From Carpediemonas membranifera BICM (lineage: Eukaryota; Protista; Fornicata): a stretch of 64,000 nt of DNA. The DNA is taken from NCBI GenBank assembly GCA_019828565.1, contig JAHDYR010000025.1, forward strand, positions 434,001 to 498,000, in the 5' to 3' direction. Each line of letters begins with the position of its first letter. Position 1 is the stretch's first letter. A model generated the notes under the pieces. That model was not told where the DNA came from and ran no database searches. It saw nothing but the letters and a program-made list of their open reading frames with translations. Below, piece by piece: positions 11,712-21,568 of this stretch. Both the position numbers and the translations under genes were made by a program.

Positions 11712-13100
11712 TCACCCCCTGTCGGCCACATAAAGCACGTACCTCGCAGCAAAGAAGAGCGCTGCCTCTGTTGTCCATGCGACGATCATGGCCGTCGCGA
11801 GCGTCGATACGTGCTGCCCCATAGCCCCTATCGTCGCAGACTCCGAGTAGACCTGCCGCCAGGCCGAGTACTGCCCCAGCGCTGGAATGACGAGCAGCAG
11901 CGCGAGGATGGCGCCGAGGATGGCGACTTGGGTGGATGTCACCCGACCGGGGCTGAGGGCCGCAGGGTTGGCGATGACGCGGCCGAACACGAGAACGAGG
12001 AAAGCGGGCGCCACGCCGACTGCAGCGACGATACAGTGAGTGAGTGTCCACGCCTGCCCGGGTGGCGTGAAGAGGGGAATGAAGGTGAATGCGCTCATCC
12101 AGGCGATGCCGACGGGCACGAGGAATATCACGAGGACTACGAAGGCGCTCGGCCGGCCCAGCGCTGTCGTTAGGGCGAACGACAGGCGCTGAGAGTACGC
12201 GGCGATCGATATGCCGCTGTTTCGGAGGAAAAGACGCGTCCCCAGGAAAATGGCGACGGCGTCGACGACAGCGATGATAACCACGCCGAGCCAGAGCACC
12301 GTGAGCTTGAACACGGGTGTCATACCCGACACGTCCGCCGCGACGTCCCACCAGAACTTGCCGAGGTCCATGACGGCCATCGACTTCCAGTCCCACGGCT
12401 TGTCGGACCCCGCGTAGTGGAGCAGCGCCCAAGGTTCAGTGACAAACGAGCCCATGCGGTAGAGTTGCTTGGCCAGGCCGTTGTACCTGATCGAGAGCCT
12501 CTGGCTGGGTGCGGCGTTTGCCCAGTCGAAGTAGGAGTAAAAGAAGCCCTGATCCGCCCCATCCCACGAGTCGGGAATGCGGTTGGTCTGCAGGGCGTCT
12601 ACAATGTCCGCAAACACCTCTGCGCTGGGGACGAGGGAGAACACTCCGGCGTTGAGGTAGTCGAACGGGCAGCAGTCAGGGATGGCGCAAAAGTGGTGTG
12701 GACAGGCGAACAGAGGCTCGACCGAGTCCCGGATGATCGCGTCGCTGTCGATGTACACTACACGGTCGTAGTCGGGCATGTCCCAGCAGTACAGCTTCGT
12801 GAACACGATGGATTTCATCCGTGCTCTCGGGTCGTCCTGGGAGACGTAGGGATTGGGCAGTAGGTCCACGGGGCGGAGAATCATCCCGTCATCGGTCATC
12901 CGCTTCTGTTCAGCGGCTGGAACATCATGCGTGATGAACACGACGAAATCACGTGCCTTGTCGATGCGACGAACGGAAGCGTGAAGCACACGCGCTGGAT
13001 CAGAGAAGCCAGAGCCTGAAACGACAGTTGCATATGCCTCCTTACCGCATGCAACGTGCAGTAGGACGGTGCATGCGAGCAAAAGATTGAGGAGCCTCAT
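11712..13100 (-). CDS. glycosyltransferase family 8, IPUT1/PGSIP6-like (signal peptide + GT8 + C-terminal TM helices)
   Basis: Signal peptide; EAYATVV; FTKLYCW; DxD motif YIDSD; NAGV; DGADQGFF; LHYAGSDKPWDW; about 5 C-terminal hydrophobic segments. Confidence 0.8.
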   Translation of the reverse strand: MRLLNLLLACTVLLHVACGKEAYATVVSGSGFSDPARVLHASVRRIDKARDFVVFITHDVPAAEQKRMTDDGMILRPVDLLPNPYVSQDDPRARMKSIVFTKLYCWDMPDYDRVVYIDSDAIIRDSVEPLFACPHHFCAIPDCCPFDYLNAGVFSLVPSAEVFADIVDALQTNRIPDSWDGADQGFFYSYFDWANAAPSQRLSIRYNGLAKQLYRMGSFVTEPWALLHYAGSDKPWDWKSMAVMDLGKFWWDVAADVSGMTPVFKLTVLWLGVVIIAVVDAVAIFLGTRLFLRNSGISIAAYSQRLSFALTTALGRPSAFVVLVIFLVPVGIAWMSAFTFIPLFTPPGQAWTLTHCIVAAVGVAPAFLVLVFGRVIANPAALSPGRVTSTQVAILGAILALLLVIPALGQYSAWRQVYSESATIGAMGQHVSTLATAMIVAWTTEAALFFAARYVLYVADRG

Positions 13101-13241
13101 TCTGGGCCGAAAAGTGCGTCTGGAATTCGGAAGCCAGCAGGGAGGGCCACGTGGCAGCTATAGTCTCCCATGCGGCTTTCAGGGCCCGTCGTGTCGTCTG
13201 GGAGTGACCTTAAAGTGCTCGGGCAGACAAAGCGAAGCAGA

Positions 13242-14135
13242 ATGTCCTCATGGATGGATTCCGATGAGAACGAGGACGCATCAATGGACGAAGATATCAC
13301 GATGTTTGAGTTCCTAGGAGGCGATGAAGGGTCATGTGCTGCCCCCTTGACCGATCCCAGCCGTCTTGACGTCAAGATGCAGCTCAAGGCCATGATCCAC
13401 GCCTCTCTAGAGCACAGACAGTACACAAACACATTATTGAAGTTCGCTAAGGACGATGCGATCACGAACGCGGTCAATCTGAGGTCTGCTGTCGCCGCGT
13501 CCATCTCGAATGGCGAAGCAGAGGATGCGCTGGCGACCATCATCGCCGTCGAGCCATCATTAGCAGACAACATCGAGATCGGCATGGCGTTACGCATCCA
13601 GCACTTCCAGGAGATCCTCAAGACAGGCCAGACCAACGTTGCCTTGGAATTTGCCCGGACCGAGCTCCACAGCCAGGCCCTCAGCGCCCACAATGGCCTG
13701 AAGGACTCATTCAACGACGCCCTGATGCTTCTAGGCGAGACGTCCCTGGAGCGCGTGACCGAGGCCGTGGAGAAGGCCCGTGTCGAGTGCACGGCCACGG
13801 TGTCCTCCGCCTTGCTGGCCCACTTCGGGCTGGGGAGCCACGACATCATGTCCACGCTGCTCAAGCAGGCGCTGCTGGTGTCCAAGGCCCTCCCCACCGA
13901 CGACCCCGCCGCACCCCATCACAGGACGCCCGTTCTCGCCGACATGGTGGCGAGCGACACATCCCTCGCGTCCGCAGTCGCCGAGGTGGAGCTACACGAC
14001 CCGGTGAGGGCGAGACGGGTCCGCATCGGTCCCATGCCCGGCCGAGAGGTGCGACAGGTCCGGGGTCCCGACGGCGGCCCGTCCTTTTTGTCCCGGATGT
14101 TGAGGCGTGTTGTCGCCGAGGAGATGCTCGACTGA
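13242..14135 (+). CDS. CTLH/CRA-domain protein (GID/CTLH E3 complex subunit-like)
   Basis: LisH-like MIHASLEHRQYTNTLLKF, CTLH-like RSAVAASISNGEAEDAL, LRIQHFQEIL..ALEFARTEL. Start could be 13170. Confidence 0.7.
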   Translation: MSSWMDSDENEDASMDEDITMFEFLGGDEGSCAAPLTDPSRLDVKMQLKAMIHASLEHRQYTNTLLKFAKDDAITNAVNLRSAVAASISNGEAEDALATIIAVEPSLADNIEIGMALRIQHFQEILKTGQTNVALEFARTELHSQALSAHNGLKDSFNDALMLLGETSLERVTEAVEKARVECTATVSSALLAHFGLGSHDIMSTLLKQALLVSKALPTDDPAAPHHRTPVLADMVASDTSLASAVAEVELHDPVRARRVRIGPMPGREVRQVRGPDGGPSFLSRMLRRVVAEEMLD

Positions 14136-14242
14136 GACGACTGGGACTGCCGAGACACGAGTACTACCATAAACAAACATCGCTCAGTTAGTATTGATAT
14201 GTGCCGAAGACCATACATTACAGTTTAAGTGAACATCGTACA

Positions 14243-16573
14243 TTAGATCCCCAGCTCAGGCGGCACTGCACCCTCCCCGAGGAAGACATCGGCATACTTG
14301 ACGAACATATCAAGCTGCTCCCTCATCTTCGTCTCCTGCCGATCCCGCACCGTGATCTCGGCCTGGAGCTCGCGGATCTTGCCCGAAGCCTCAGCCTCGA
14401 GTGCCCCTGCTTCCCTGAGCTGCGACTGGACCGCCCTCAGCTCCGCTCTGAGATCGGACAGCTTGCCCTGGGCGGCGGTGGCCTGGCCCTCGAGCGAACC
14501 GATGGCCTGCTCCTTGGCCGCCACCTGGGCCTCGAGGTCGGTCACGCGCTTATGGAGCTCCGCCTCGCGTTTGGCTGCGTCAATGAGCTTTTGCTGGAGG
14601 GCATCGGCACGCTCCTCGGCGACAACACCGGCGTCGACGCCCTTGGAAACGGCGTTGACCTCTTCTTCTAGATGGACAACGCGCTCGCCGGCATCACGAG
14701 CCTCTTGGCGCACCTTGGCGTGGTCAGTGTTGAGGGCATCGAGGTCCTGCAGCAGCGCAGTGATGCGTGCCTCCCTGGTCTTGAGCTGGCCCTGCAGCGT
14801 GCCCAGCTCTGCCTTCTGCTCCATGATAGTCACTCTGCGTGCGTCTCCCTCGGACAAGGCGGCCTCGAGCTCGCCCTGAAGCATCTTTTCGCTCGCCTCG
14901 AGAGTGGCGATGCGCTCTCTCAGGGTCGCTTCGAGGGCAGGCTGGTCCCGGTCGCGGATGGTCACCTCCCGGTCGAGATCGCCCACACGCGTGTTAGCAG
15001 ACCTGAGCTGGTTCTGGAGCGACGCCAGGTCCGCACTGAGCTCGGCCACAGTTTGCTTGGTAGCCTCGTGGGCCTGTGTGGAGCGAGACAGCTTAGCCTC
15101 GCCCGCATTGACCTCGTCCTCAAGCCCACCGACCCTCGCCGTGAGAGTGTTCCTCTCCGTCTCGGTCTGGTGCAGCGTAGTGCGGACCATCTCAAGCTGG
15201 GACGTCAGCGTCTTGATCTCTTCCAGAAGCATCATCGACCGGTCGCCCTGGGCCTGCGCTGTCAGCTCCTTCTCGAGCGTCTTGATCTTGGCCGAGGCGT
15301 CGCTGTTCTGGCTTGTGAGGAGGTCGACCTTTTCAGTCAGCTGTCGCGTGTCCTGGCTGAGTGCGGTCACACGGGCCTCGAGGCGCTGCTTCTCCTTCTC
15401 TAGCGTCTGGTTGGCGGTCTCCGCGGCGTCCCTCTGCCTCACGGCGAGCTCCATGTCAGTTACCGCCTGGATCCGCTGGGCCTTGTACTTCTGCACTGCC
15501 GAGGCGAAGACGCGGATCTGCTCGGTGTATGTGTTGTCGCGGTCGTCCGTGTTGGCATCCCGGGCAGCGAGCTCAGCCTCGAGGACGGCAACGCGCTCGT
15601 TCGACGCGGGTCTCGCCTGGGGTTGGGCCCGAACCATCTCGAGCTCAAGCTCAGCCTTGCGGGCGCGCTCTTCCGCCCGAACGAGGTCCTGGTCCTTCGC
15701 CTTGGCCGGGTGGGTGGCTGTGGCGAGGTTGACGACACCCTGCCACACAGCAGCCCTGACCTTGGCGTCCTCGGCCTCGGCAAGAGCGTGGTAAGCCTGG
15801 ACGAGGTTATTCCTGAACGACTCAGTCGCCCAGGACTGCTGGACGAGGATGTTGGCCACGGCGATGGCGTACCGGACGACGCGGGTGTCCTCGTGCTCGA
15901 GGAGTCGGAGCATCGCCGTGTCGAGGCCCACGAGGGAGGCAGACTCGCTGGGGACATTCTGGAGCAAGTGAAGGAGACCACCTAGGCCGTAGATGAGGGA
16001 ATCGAGGTCGTCTGTGACCTTGATGACGGCGAGAACAAGGGGACCAATGTCTGTCAGGAACGCGCGGTCCGGGTCGATGGACGCGAGGTTACAGACGCAG
16101 CGGAGAGCATAGCGGACCAGGGCCTGGTTGTTGTCGGCTGTTTGGAAGACGTTGACGATGGCCTTCAACCCGCCAGCCGAGCGGAAGGCCGTGGCCGAGA
16201 CCCGGTCGGAGGTCAGGTTGATGACGGCGGCGAGGGCGAAGCACTTGGTCTCGTGGTCGGCGGACTCGAGCGAGCGGAGGATTAGAGTAATGCCGTCTAC
16301 ACGACGGATGTGGGCGCGGTTCTGCTCGTTGACCGAGATGTTGGTGATGACGCGGAGGACACTCTTAAGGTACTGCGGAGTTTCGCTGTCGTTGATTTCA
16401 GACTTCAATATGCGTACAAGAGTCTCCACGTAGTCTTGGTGGTGGGAGATTTCAGCTTTGATGTTGTCGGCGAGCGAAAGGTTCGTGAGAGAATGAAGAG
16501 CAGCTTCATAGCTATCTGCTTGCTTCAGCTGCTTGAAGAGCGGCTCGAGGGTTTGAAGCTCGGCGGCGCTCAT
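14243..16573 (-). CDS. armadillo-repeat protein with long C-terminal coiled coil
   Basis: ARM-like units (LRVITNISVNEQNRAHIRRVDGITLI; AVINLTSD..AGGLKAIV) followed by about 450 aa of heptad coiled coil. Confidence 0.8.
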   Translation of the reverse strand: MSAAELQTLEPLFKQLKQADSYEAALHSLTNLSLADNIKAEISHHQDYVETLVRILKSEINDSETPQYLKSVLRVITNISVNEQNRAHIRRVDGITLILRSLESADHETKCFALAAVINLTSDRVSATAFRSAGGLKAIVNVFQTADNNQALVRYALRCVCNLASIDPDRAFLTDIGPLVLAVIKVTDDLDSLIYGLGGLLHLLQNVPSESASLVGLDTAMLRLLEHEDTRVVRYAIAVANILVQQSWATESFRNNLVQAYHALAEAEDAKVRAAVWQGVVNLATATHPAKAKDQDLVRAEERARKAELELEMVRAQPQARPASNERVAVLEAELAARDANTDDRDNTYTEQIRVFASAVQKYKAQRIQAVTDMELAVRQRDAAETANQTLEKEKQRLEARVTALSQDTRQLTEKVDLLTSQNSDASAKIKTLEKELTAQAQGDRSMMLLEEIKTLTSQLEMVRTTLHQTETERNTLTARVGGLEDEVNAGEAKLSRSTQAHEATKQTVAELSADLASLQNQLRSANTRVGDLDREVTIRDRDQPALEATLRERIATLEASEKMLQGELEAALSEGDARRVTIMEQKAELGTLQGQLKTREARITALLQDLDALNTDHAKVRQEARDAGERVVHLEEEVNAVSKGVDAGVVAEERADALQQKLIDAAKREAELHKRVTDLEAQVAAKEQAIGSLEGQATAAQGKLSDLRAELRAVQSQLREAGALEAEASGKIRELQAEITVRDRQETKMREQLDMFVKYADVFLGEGAVPPELGI

Positions 16574-17061
16574 CGCTGTTTGGAGGCTCTGTGTCGTGCT
16601 GGAAAAAATGAAGCGCGCTGACACGGGATGCTGCGGGTCAAGGCAGGTCGGCTATCGTGCTCAATAGCATGTGTTTGGTCACCCCTGGCTTTTTATTCGC
16701 GTGTTTGGCCTCGGGCTATTGCATATGCTGAAGCGTGTCCGTCTTCCGAAGGTGACCATAAAAACCCGCACCCACCTCTAATACCATTGGTTACAGCACA
16801 GCTGCAAGCGGACCCAGAATTTGATTCTATCATTTCGCGATTTGCGTTCTCGACCTTTCTCTGGGAAGCCGCCCTTTCTTGCGCAACAGGCTTCATATGT
16901 GAATAGACGCATATCGCCAGGCTCAGTAGATACAGTTTCTCGGGACGGTGGAGTCTGTCTCCTCGAACAAAATGTGGTGCATCCGAGCATATGTATCAGG
17001 TGGAGCATCACCAAACGGAGGAGGCGTCAATTTAAACCTTGTTCTTGCCTATGTGTCCCGT

Positions 17062-17514
17062 TTACTTCTTGACAGTGATCTTAGCCACGTAGGCCTTGAT
17101 GCGCTCGACGTTACGGTTGAGAGACTCCTCAGAACGGTTCTTGCGGCGGGTATCAACGCAGATGCCGATGGTCTTAGCGTAAGCGGGGGCAACACCGGCG
17201 GCCTTGAGCTCAGCAACGGAGAAGCCACGGCCCATGCGCATGCGCATGTTGTAGCGCTGGGTCATGCAGTGAACAGCGGGGCGGAGGGCATCAACGGGGC
17301 GGGGAGCCATCTTGGTGGCCTTCTCCTGGCGGGCGTGGCGACGAGACACCTTGCGGCCAGCCTGATCAAGACGGACACGGTACATGCCGAGCATCTTGGG
17401 GCCGTGCATCTTGGGGCGGTGAGTGGAGAAAACGGTGTTGTTGTGGCAAACCTAGAGTAAGAATAGATGCTGTAGAAGGTTCAAAAGCCCTCCTACGTCG
17501 ATGGTACGTACCAT
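17062..17514 (-). CDS. RPL13: 60S ribosomal protein eL13 (ATG-only first exon; intron 17452-17511)
   Basis: Spliced: MVCHNN..LDQAGRKVSRRHARQEKA..PRP..LRPAVHC.T.RYN.RMRMGRGFSVAELKAAG..GICVDTRRKNRSEESL..NVER. Confidence 0.93.
17452..17511 (-). other. spliceosomal intron, 60 nt, with internal hairpin
   Basis: ATG|GTACGT...TTACTCTAG; GTAGGAGG/CCTTCTAC 8-bp stem (one G-U). Confidence 0.85.
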
Positions 17515-17897
17515 TATACGTGCTCAAGCGATCCTCAGGAGAGGATAACCCTTTGCGTGCAAAAATGGCTAAAACAAAAACAGGCTGCTTTCAGACACCT
17601 CAGGCTAGTCATGCTCGGTATTGAGCCATATGTTCTCGTGCTATTTTGTTGTCAGCGATTCTGCCGCCCAGAATAATTGTTCGGGTGGGATGAAGGTAGC
17701 CGCACCCCACCCCAACCGCAACTCACATCGGATACGAGGAAAGAGTAGGTGGCGAACTGGAATGCGTTCACAAGATTAATAGTGGCCATTATTCACTCTG
17801 AGCAAGATTTGCTTTGCCTCCAAAAACTGCACCGTAATTCCAATCAAGCGCTGTGAGTTCAGGCCAGGCAGCCAGCAGTATGAATAAAAGAGCGAAT

Positions 17898-19061
17898 TTA
17901 CACCTTCTTGATCCTATCAGTGAAGTGCTTAGGGTCGCCAAGCTCACCGAAGCACAGCGTCTTGCCAATAGACCTGACACGCCGGTCCATGCAACCCATG
18001 CACTCAGACGCACTGTCGTCGATGCACGGCTTGTTCTGGTACAGCTGGTACTCTGCTCTGAACGTCTTCGGGGTCAGGATGGGCATGACGACGTTTGCGC
18101 CGCTCTCGAGGGCCCACTCGCGGCCGTCGTCCTTCAGGGCCTGGAGGGCGGTAGTGGCCGCGATGTTGACGTCCGGGTTGCACAGACGGATGGTGGCGAG
18201 CATGCGGATGGTGTCGAGAAGCATCTTCGCCTTGTCGTCCGCAGTGAGTTCAATGGAATCACGGCCGCGCTCAGCCATCCAGGCATCGGCGGTTGGCGTC
18301 TTCACCTGAGGGATGTACGGCCCCAGCCCGATCATGTCGATGCCGAGCTCGTTGAACATCTCAATGTCGTCGGCGAGGTCGTCCTTGGTCTGGCCGGGCA
18401 GCCCGGTCATCACGCCGGTCGCCACCTGGTAGCCCATGCCCACGAGCGACTTGACGCAGTTCAGCCGCTTGAGCCAGTCGTGGTGGCCGTCCTGCGGGTG
18501 CAGTTTAGCGTACAGGGCGGGGTTGGATGTCTCCATGCGGAGGAGGTACCGGTCGGCGCCGGCCTGCAGGAGCTGGTAGTACTGGTCATCGGTCAGCTCG
18601 CCAAGGGAGAGGATATAGCGGACCTTGTCGCCTGTGAGCTTGCGAGCCTTCTTCAGAGTGTCGGCGACGAAGTCCACGCGGTCCTGTGTGCCGACCTCGC
18701 CGGACTGGAGGAGGATGCCGGCGTAGCGCTTCTCGTGGGCCCACTTGATGGTCTCGAGGATGTCGTCCTGGGACATTTCATAGCGTTCAGGGTCGGGATG
18801 ATCGCGGCGGATGCCACAGTAGTTGCAGTTCTTCGCGCAGTGGTTGCTAAACTCAATTATACCACGAAGGAACACTTTGTTGCCATAAACAGACTTTGTT
18901 ACGTCATTTGCGCGCTCGAAAAGAGCCTTATCTTCGGAAATCGGCTTGTCGCCAATGCACTTCAAAATTTCGCTCCGAGACAGGGGCATTTGAGTTGAGA
19001 ACTGTCTAGACAGCGCCCCGAGCGTCGAACTCTGGAAATGGCTGGTAAGTGCGCTCAACAT
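17898..19061 (-). CDS. hydE: [FeFe]-hydrogenase maturase HydE (radical SAM), with MRO-type presequence
   Basis: LRGIIEFSNHCAKNCNYCG, LQSGE, YLLRMET, GANVVMP, YQLYQNKP and C-x7-C-x2-C; N-terminus MLSALTSHFQSSTLGALSRQFS. Confidence 0.93.
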   Translation of the reverse strand: MLSALTSHFQSSTLGALSRQFSTQMPLSRSEILKCIGDKPISEDKALFERANDVTKSVYGNKVFLRGIIEFSNHCAKNCNYCGIRRDHPDPERYEMSQDDILETIKWAHEKRYAGILLQSGEVGTQDRVDFVADTLKKARKLTGDKVRYILSLGELTDDQYYQLLQAGADRYLLRMETSNPALYAKLHPQDGHHDWLKRLNCVKSLVGMGYQVATGVMTGLPGQTKDDLADDIEMFNELGIDMIGLGPYIPQVKTPTADAWMAERGRDSIELTADDKAKMLLDTIRMLATIRLCNPDVNIAATTALQALKDDGREWALESGANVVMPILTPKTFRAEYQLYQNKPCIDDSASECMGCMDRRVRSIGKTLCFGELGDPKHFTDRIKKV

Positions 19062-19146
19062 CGATAGTCAACGGCAAGAGAATCCGATCTCGATTTTCCA
19101 CCGAGTCCATCATGTGCCCTGACCACAATCGAATCTATAATCAGCC

Positions 19147-19980
19147 TCAACCTTCCTTAAACCGTCGCGCCATGACCGTGGCTGACTTGGCCGGTATTCC
19201 GCTGAGCCACCCAGCGAGCACCTGACTCCCGCAGAGCGCGGTCACGCCCGCCGCCCGAGTCTTGTGAATGGCGCCCACGCCACCATCCCCTTGCCGGTCT
19301 GGGTCGATCAACATGAGCTGGATTCGTAGCCGGATGCTCTGGTCTCCGCGGTTCTTCAGCGGCGGGACCGTGCCGGTGACAACATACTCCGGCATGTGGG
19401 CCCGGAGTATCGCGTCCTCCTCGTCTGTCCAGGGCTGCCCCAGGGCCCTGATCTGGGCGACCGTGGCGGGGATGGACCGGTCGAGGTGGTTGTGGGTGAA
19501 CAGCGCCGCCTGCTGGCCCAGTGTCAGATCGCCATTCTGCCGGACGAAGCGCTCGAGCTCGGCAAGCGCGTCGTCATCCCATTCGGGTCCGGGGTGTGCC
19601 AGCTGGTACCGCTTCCTGGCCTCGACGGGGGACAGCTCGGTCACGCGGCCGACCACAGCCCACAATGGGCCAGGCGGAACAGTGTTTTCGCACCCAATAC
19701 GCTTGGCGGCGGTCTCGACGACGGTTTCCAGATCGTCTTGGGGACAATGAATTGCCGGGAACCGCGGGGTATAGTTATCAGTGCCCTGAAAGAAGGAATT
19801 GAAGCTGTACTCGATTGTACGCGACTGGACTTTGAGGGAATCTGCCAGTTTCTCACGTACTTTGCTGTTTCGGAGCCGAGAGGCCTTAACTTTCAGTTCA
19901 AGCTCCGTGAGATACTCCAAATGCTGCACTACCTCTTGAAGGGCATGCTGCGTCCTAACAAGCTCCAATGTGTTGCTCAT
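19147..19980 (-). CDS. Myb-repeat protein, SNAPC4/SNAP190-like
   Basis: N-terminal coiled coil, then W..V..SP.EARKRY..HP, EWDDDAL..L, PWTDEEDAIL, R..QSIRLR..IDP: degenerate tandem Myb repeats spaced like those of SNAP190. Confidence 0.55.
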   Translation of the reverse strand: MSNTLELVRTQHALQEVVQHLEYLTELELKVKASRLRNSKVREKLADSLKVQSRTIEYSFNSFFQGTDNYTPRFPAIHCPQDDLETVVETAAKRIGCENTVPPGPLWAVVGRVTELSPVEARKRYQLAHPGPEWDDDALAELERFVRQNGDLTLGQQAALFTHNHLDRSIPATVAQIRALGQPWTDEEDAILRAHMPEYVVTGTVPPLKNRGDQSIRLRIQLMLIDPDRQGDGGVGAIHKTRAAGVTALCGSQVLAGWLSGIPAKSATVMARRFKEG

Positions 19981-20195
19981 TTGTGCACACACTGACTTGG
20001 TCGGCGTGGTAGAAATCGATCAGCCCTACCCTGCCCGCCCAATCCAAGATCGCCCAAGTATCCCGCAGGCCGCACTGGTATGTCACATTTACTGCTGCTC
20101 AGGCCGGGTTCATCTCGACCAGAGGCGATGCCCTCTGTCATCGTCCAACGAGCGCTATGGCGACTCGCACGAATGTCAGAGCCATCTAGCACCGC

Positions 20196-21497
20196 TCAGA
20201 AGCCCTGGTGGTAGTGAGCAATACTCTGCTGCAGCCGCTGCTCTGCCATCTCGCACAGCACGTCGCTGAGCTCGAACTGCAGCTGCTGGACCTGGAACAT
20301 GGCCATCTCTTCGAGCTCCAGTGTGTGGAGGAAAGACTGCACCCACGAGAGGTCGCAGCTGAGCTCCGTGATCGGGACCATGTCCTCGTGCCGCAGGTGG
20401 CCGACGACCTTCTTGATGACGTCGTCGACCGTGACCTGGGCCCCCTGGGCAACCGACATCAGCTTCTTCAGCTGTCGGGCCTGCTGCCTGCTCAGACGCT
20501 CCTTCTTCTTTCCGTTCTGGGACTGGCGCTTGAGGTACTGCTTCGCCTTGGCCTCTAGAGTTGCCTCGTCGAGGTTCTGGAGGACCACACCAATGAAGAG
20601 GTTAGTGCAGATGAAGTGGCCGATGAAGATGACCAACACGGCGAATATCCGGGGGAGCCAGAGCCCGCTCACCGAACTGGTGTCCTCGAGAATCGCGACA
20701 AAGTTCTGCCACGATTCAGCGGTGATGAAGCCGAAAAGAACAACAAATGCCCCTGCCAGGCTGGCAAAGTGGTTGGTCTCGTCACCAGTGTCGATTTCCC
20801 CGAAGATATAGTAACCTGCGATGGCGAACACGTAGTCCAGGAGCAGGATGAGGAACGCGAGGTTAAGGACGGCGAAGAGGGTGTGCAGGACGGCCTTGAC
20901 CAGGGTCTGGAGGGATGGGATGAACGAGACCGTGCGGAGGGCCCTGAACGCCCTGGCTGCCCGGATGAGTCGGATGTATGTGACGTTCGAGAGGGATCCT
21001 GAATAGAATACCTCGATGGCGAACTGGACGTATGATATAATGAGCACGAAGAAGTCGAACAGGTTAAACCCGCTCTTCCAGTACGCAATGGGGGTCGCGC
21101 CAATCTTGAGAAGGAACTCTACTGTGTAGATGGCAAGATAGATGGCGTCCATCATGTCAAACCACGCGCCATAGTGTATGGTGAGGTATGAGGAGGTTTC
21201 TAGGCTGATTGTGAGGATGTTTAGCATCACCACCCCAAGAACGAAGGAACTGAAAATTCGTGAATACGCGATAGTGTGGAGTGTGCGGTGGAAGGTGCCC
21301 CTAAAGTGATATCCAACCTCGTCTATGTCCTCCATTTGCTCCAGGAGCTGCTTGATCATGGATTCTGTGAAGTCCTTCCGCAATTCGGACGGAAGGCGCT
21401 GGCTGTGGCGTGTAGAGTTCAGGCCAGAGCCCATACTCATTGAGAATGAGTTAAACCCGAAGGAATCGGCGCCAGAAGTATCCGATCCCCAACTCAT
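20196..21497 (-). CDS. single-domain 6TM cation channel, CatSper3-like
   Basis: S4 IRLIRAARAFRALRTV, pore FITAESW, S6 FICTNLFIGVV; C-terminal tail (HLRHEDMV...FLHTLE...QQLQFELSDVL) aligns by eye with CatSper3. Confidence 0.8.
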   Translation of the reverse strand: MSWGSDTSGADSFGFNSFSMSMGSGLNSTRHSQRLPSELRKDFTESMIKQLLEQMEDIDEVGYHFRGTFHRTLHTIAYSRIFSSFVLGVVMLNILTISLETSSYLTIHYGAWFDMMDAIYLAIYTVEFLLKIGATPIAYWKSGFNLFDFFVLIISYVQFAIEVFYSGSLSNVTYIRLIRAARAFRALRTVSFIPSLQTLVKAVLHTLFAVLNLAFLILLLDYVFAIAGYYIFGEIDTGDETNHFASLAGAFVVLFGFITAESWQNFVAILEDTSSVSGLWLPRIFAVLVIFIGHFICTNLFIGVVLQNLDEATLEAKAKQYLKRQSQNGKKKERLSRQQARQLKKLMSVAQGAQVTVDDVIKKVVGHLRHEDMVPITELSCDLSWVQSFLHTLELEEMAMFQVQQLQFELSDVLCEMAEQRLQQSIAHYHQGF

Positions 21498-21568
21498 TTC
21501 CGACGATTCGTTTTTATCGGCTAAACTGCACCCCAGAAAATGACTGCATCAAGACGCCCCGCGCCCCT

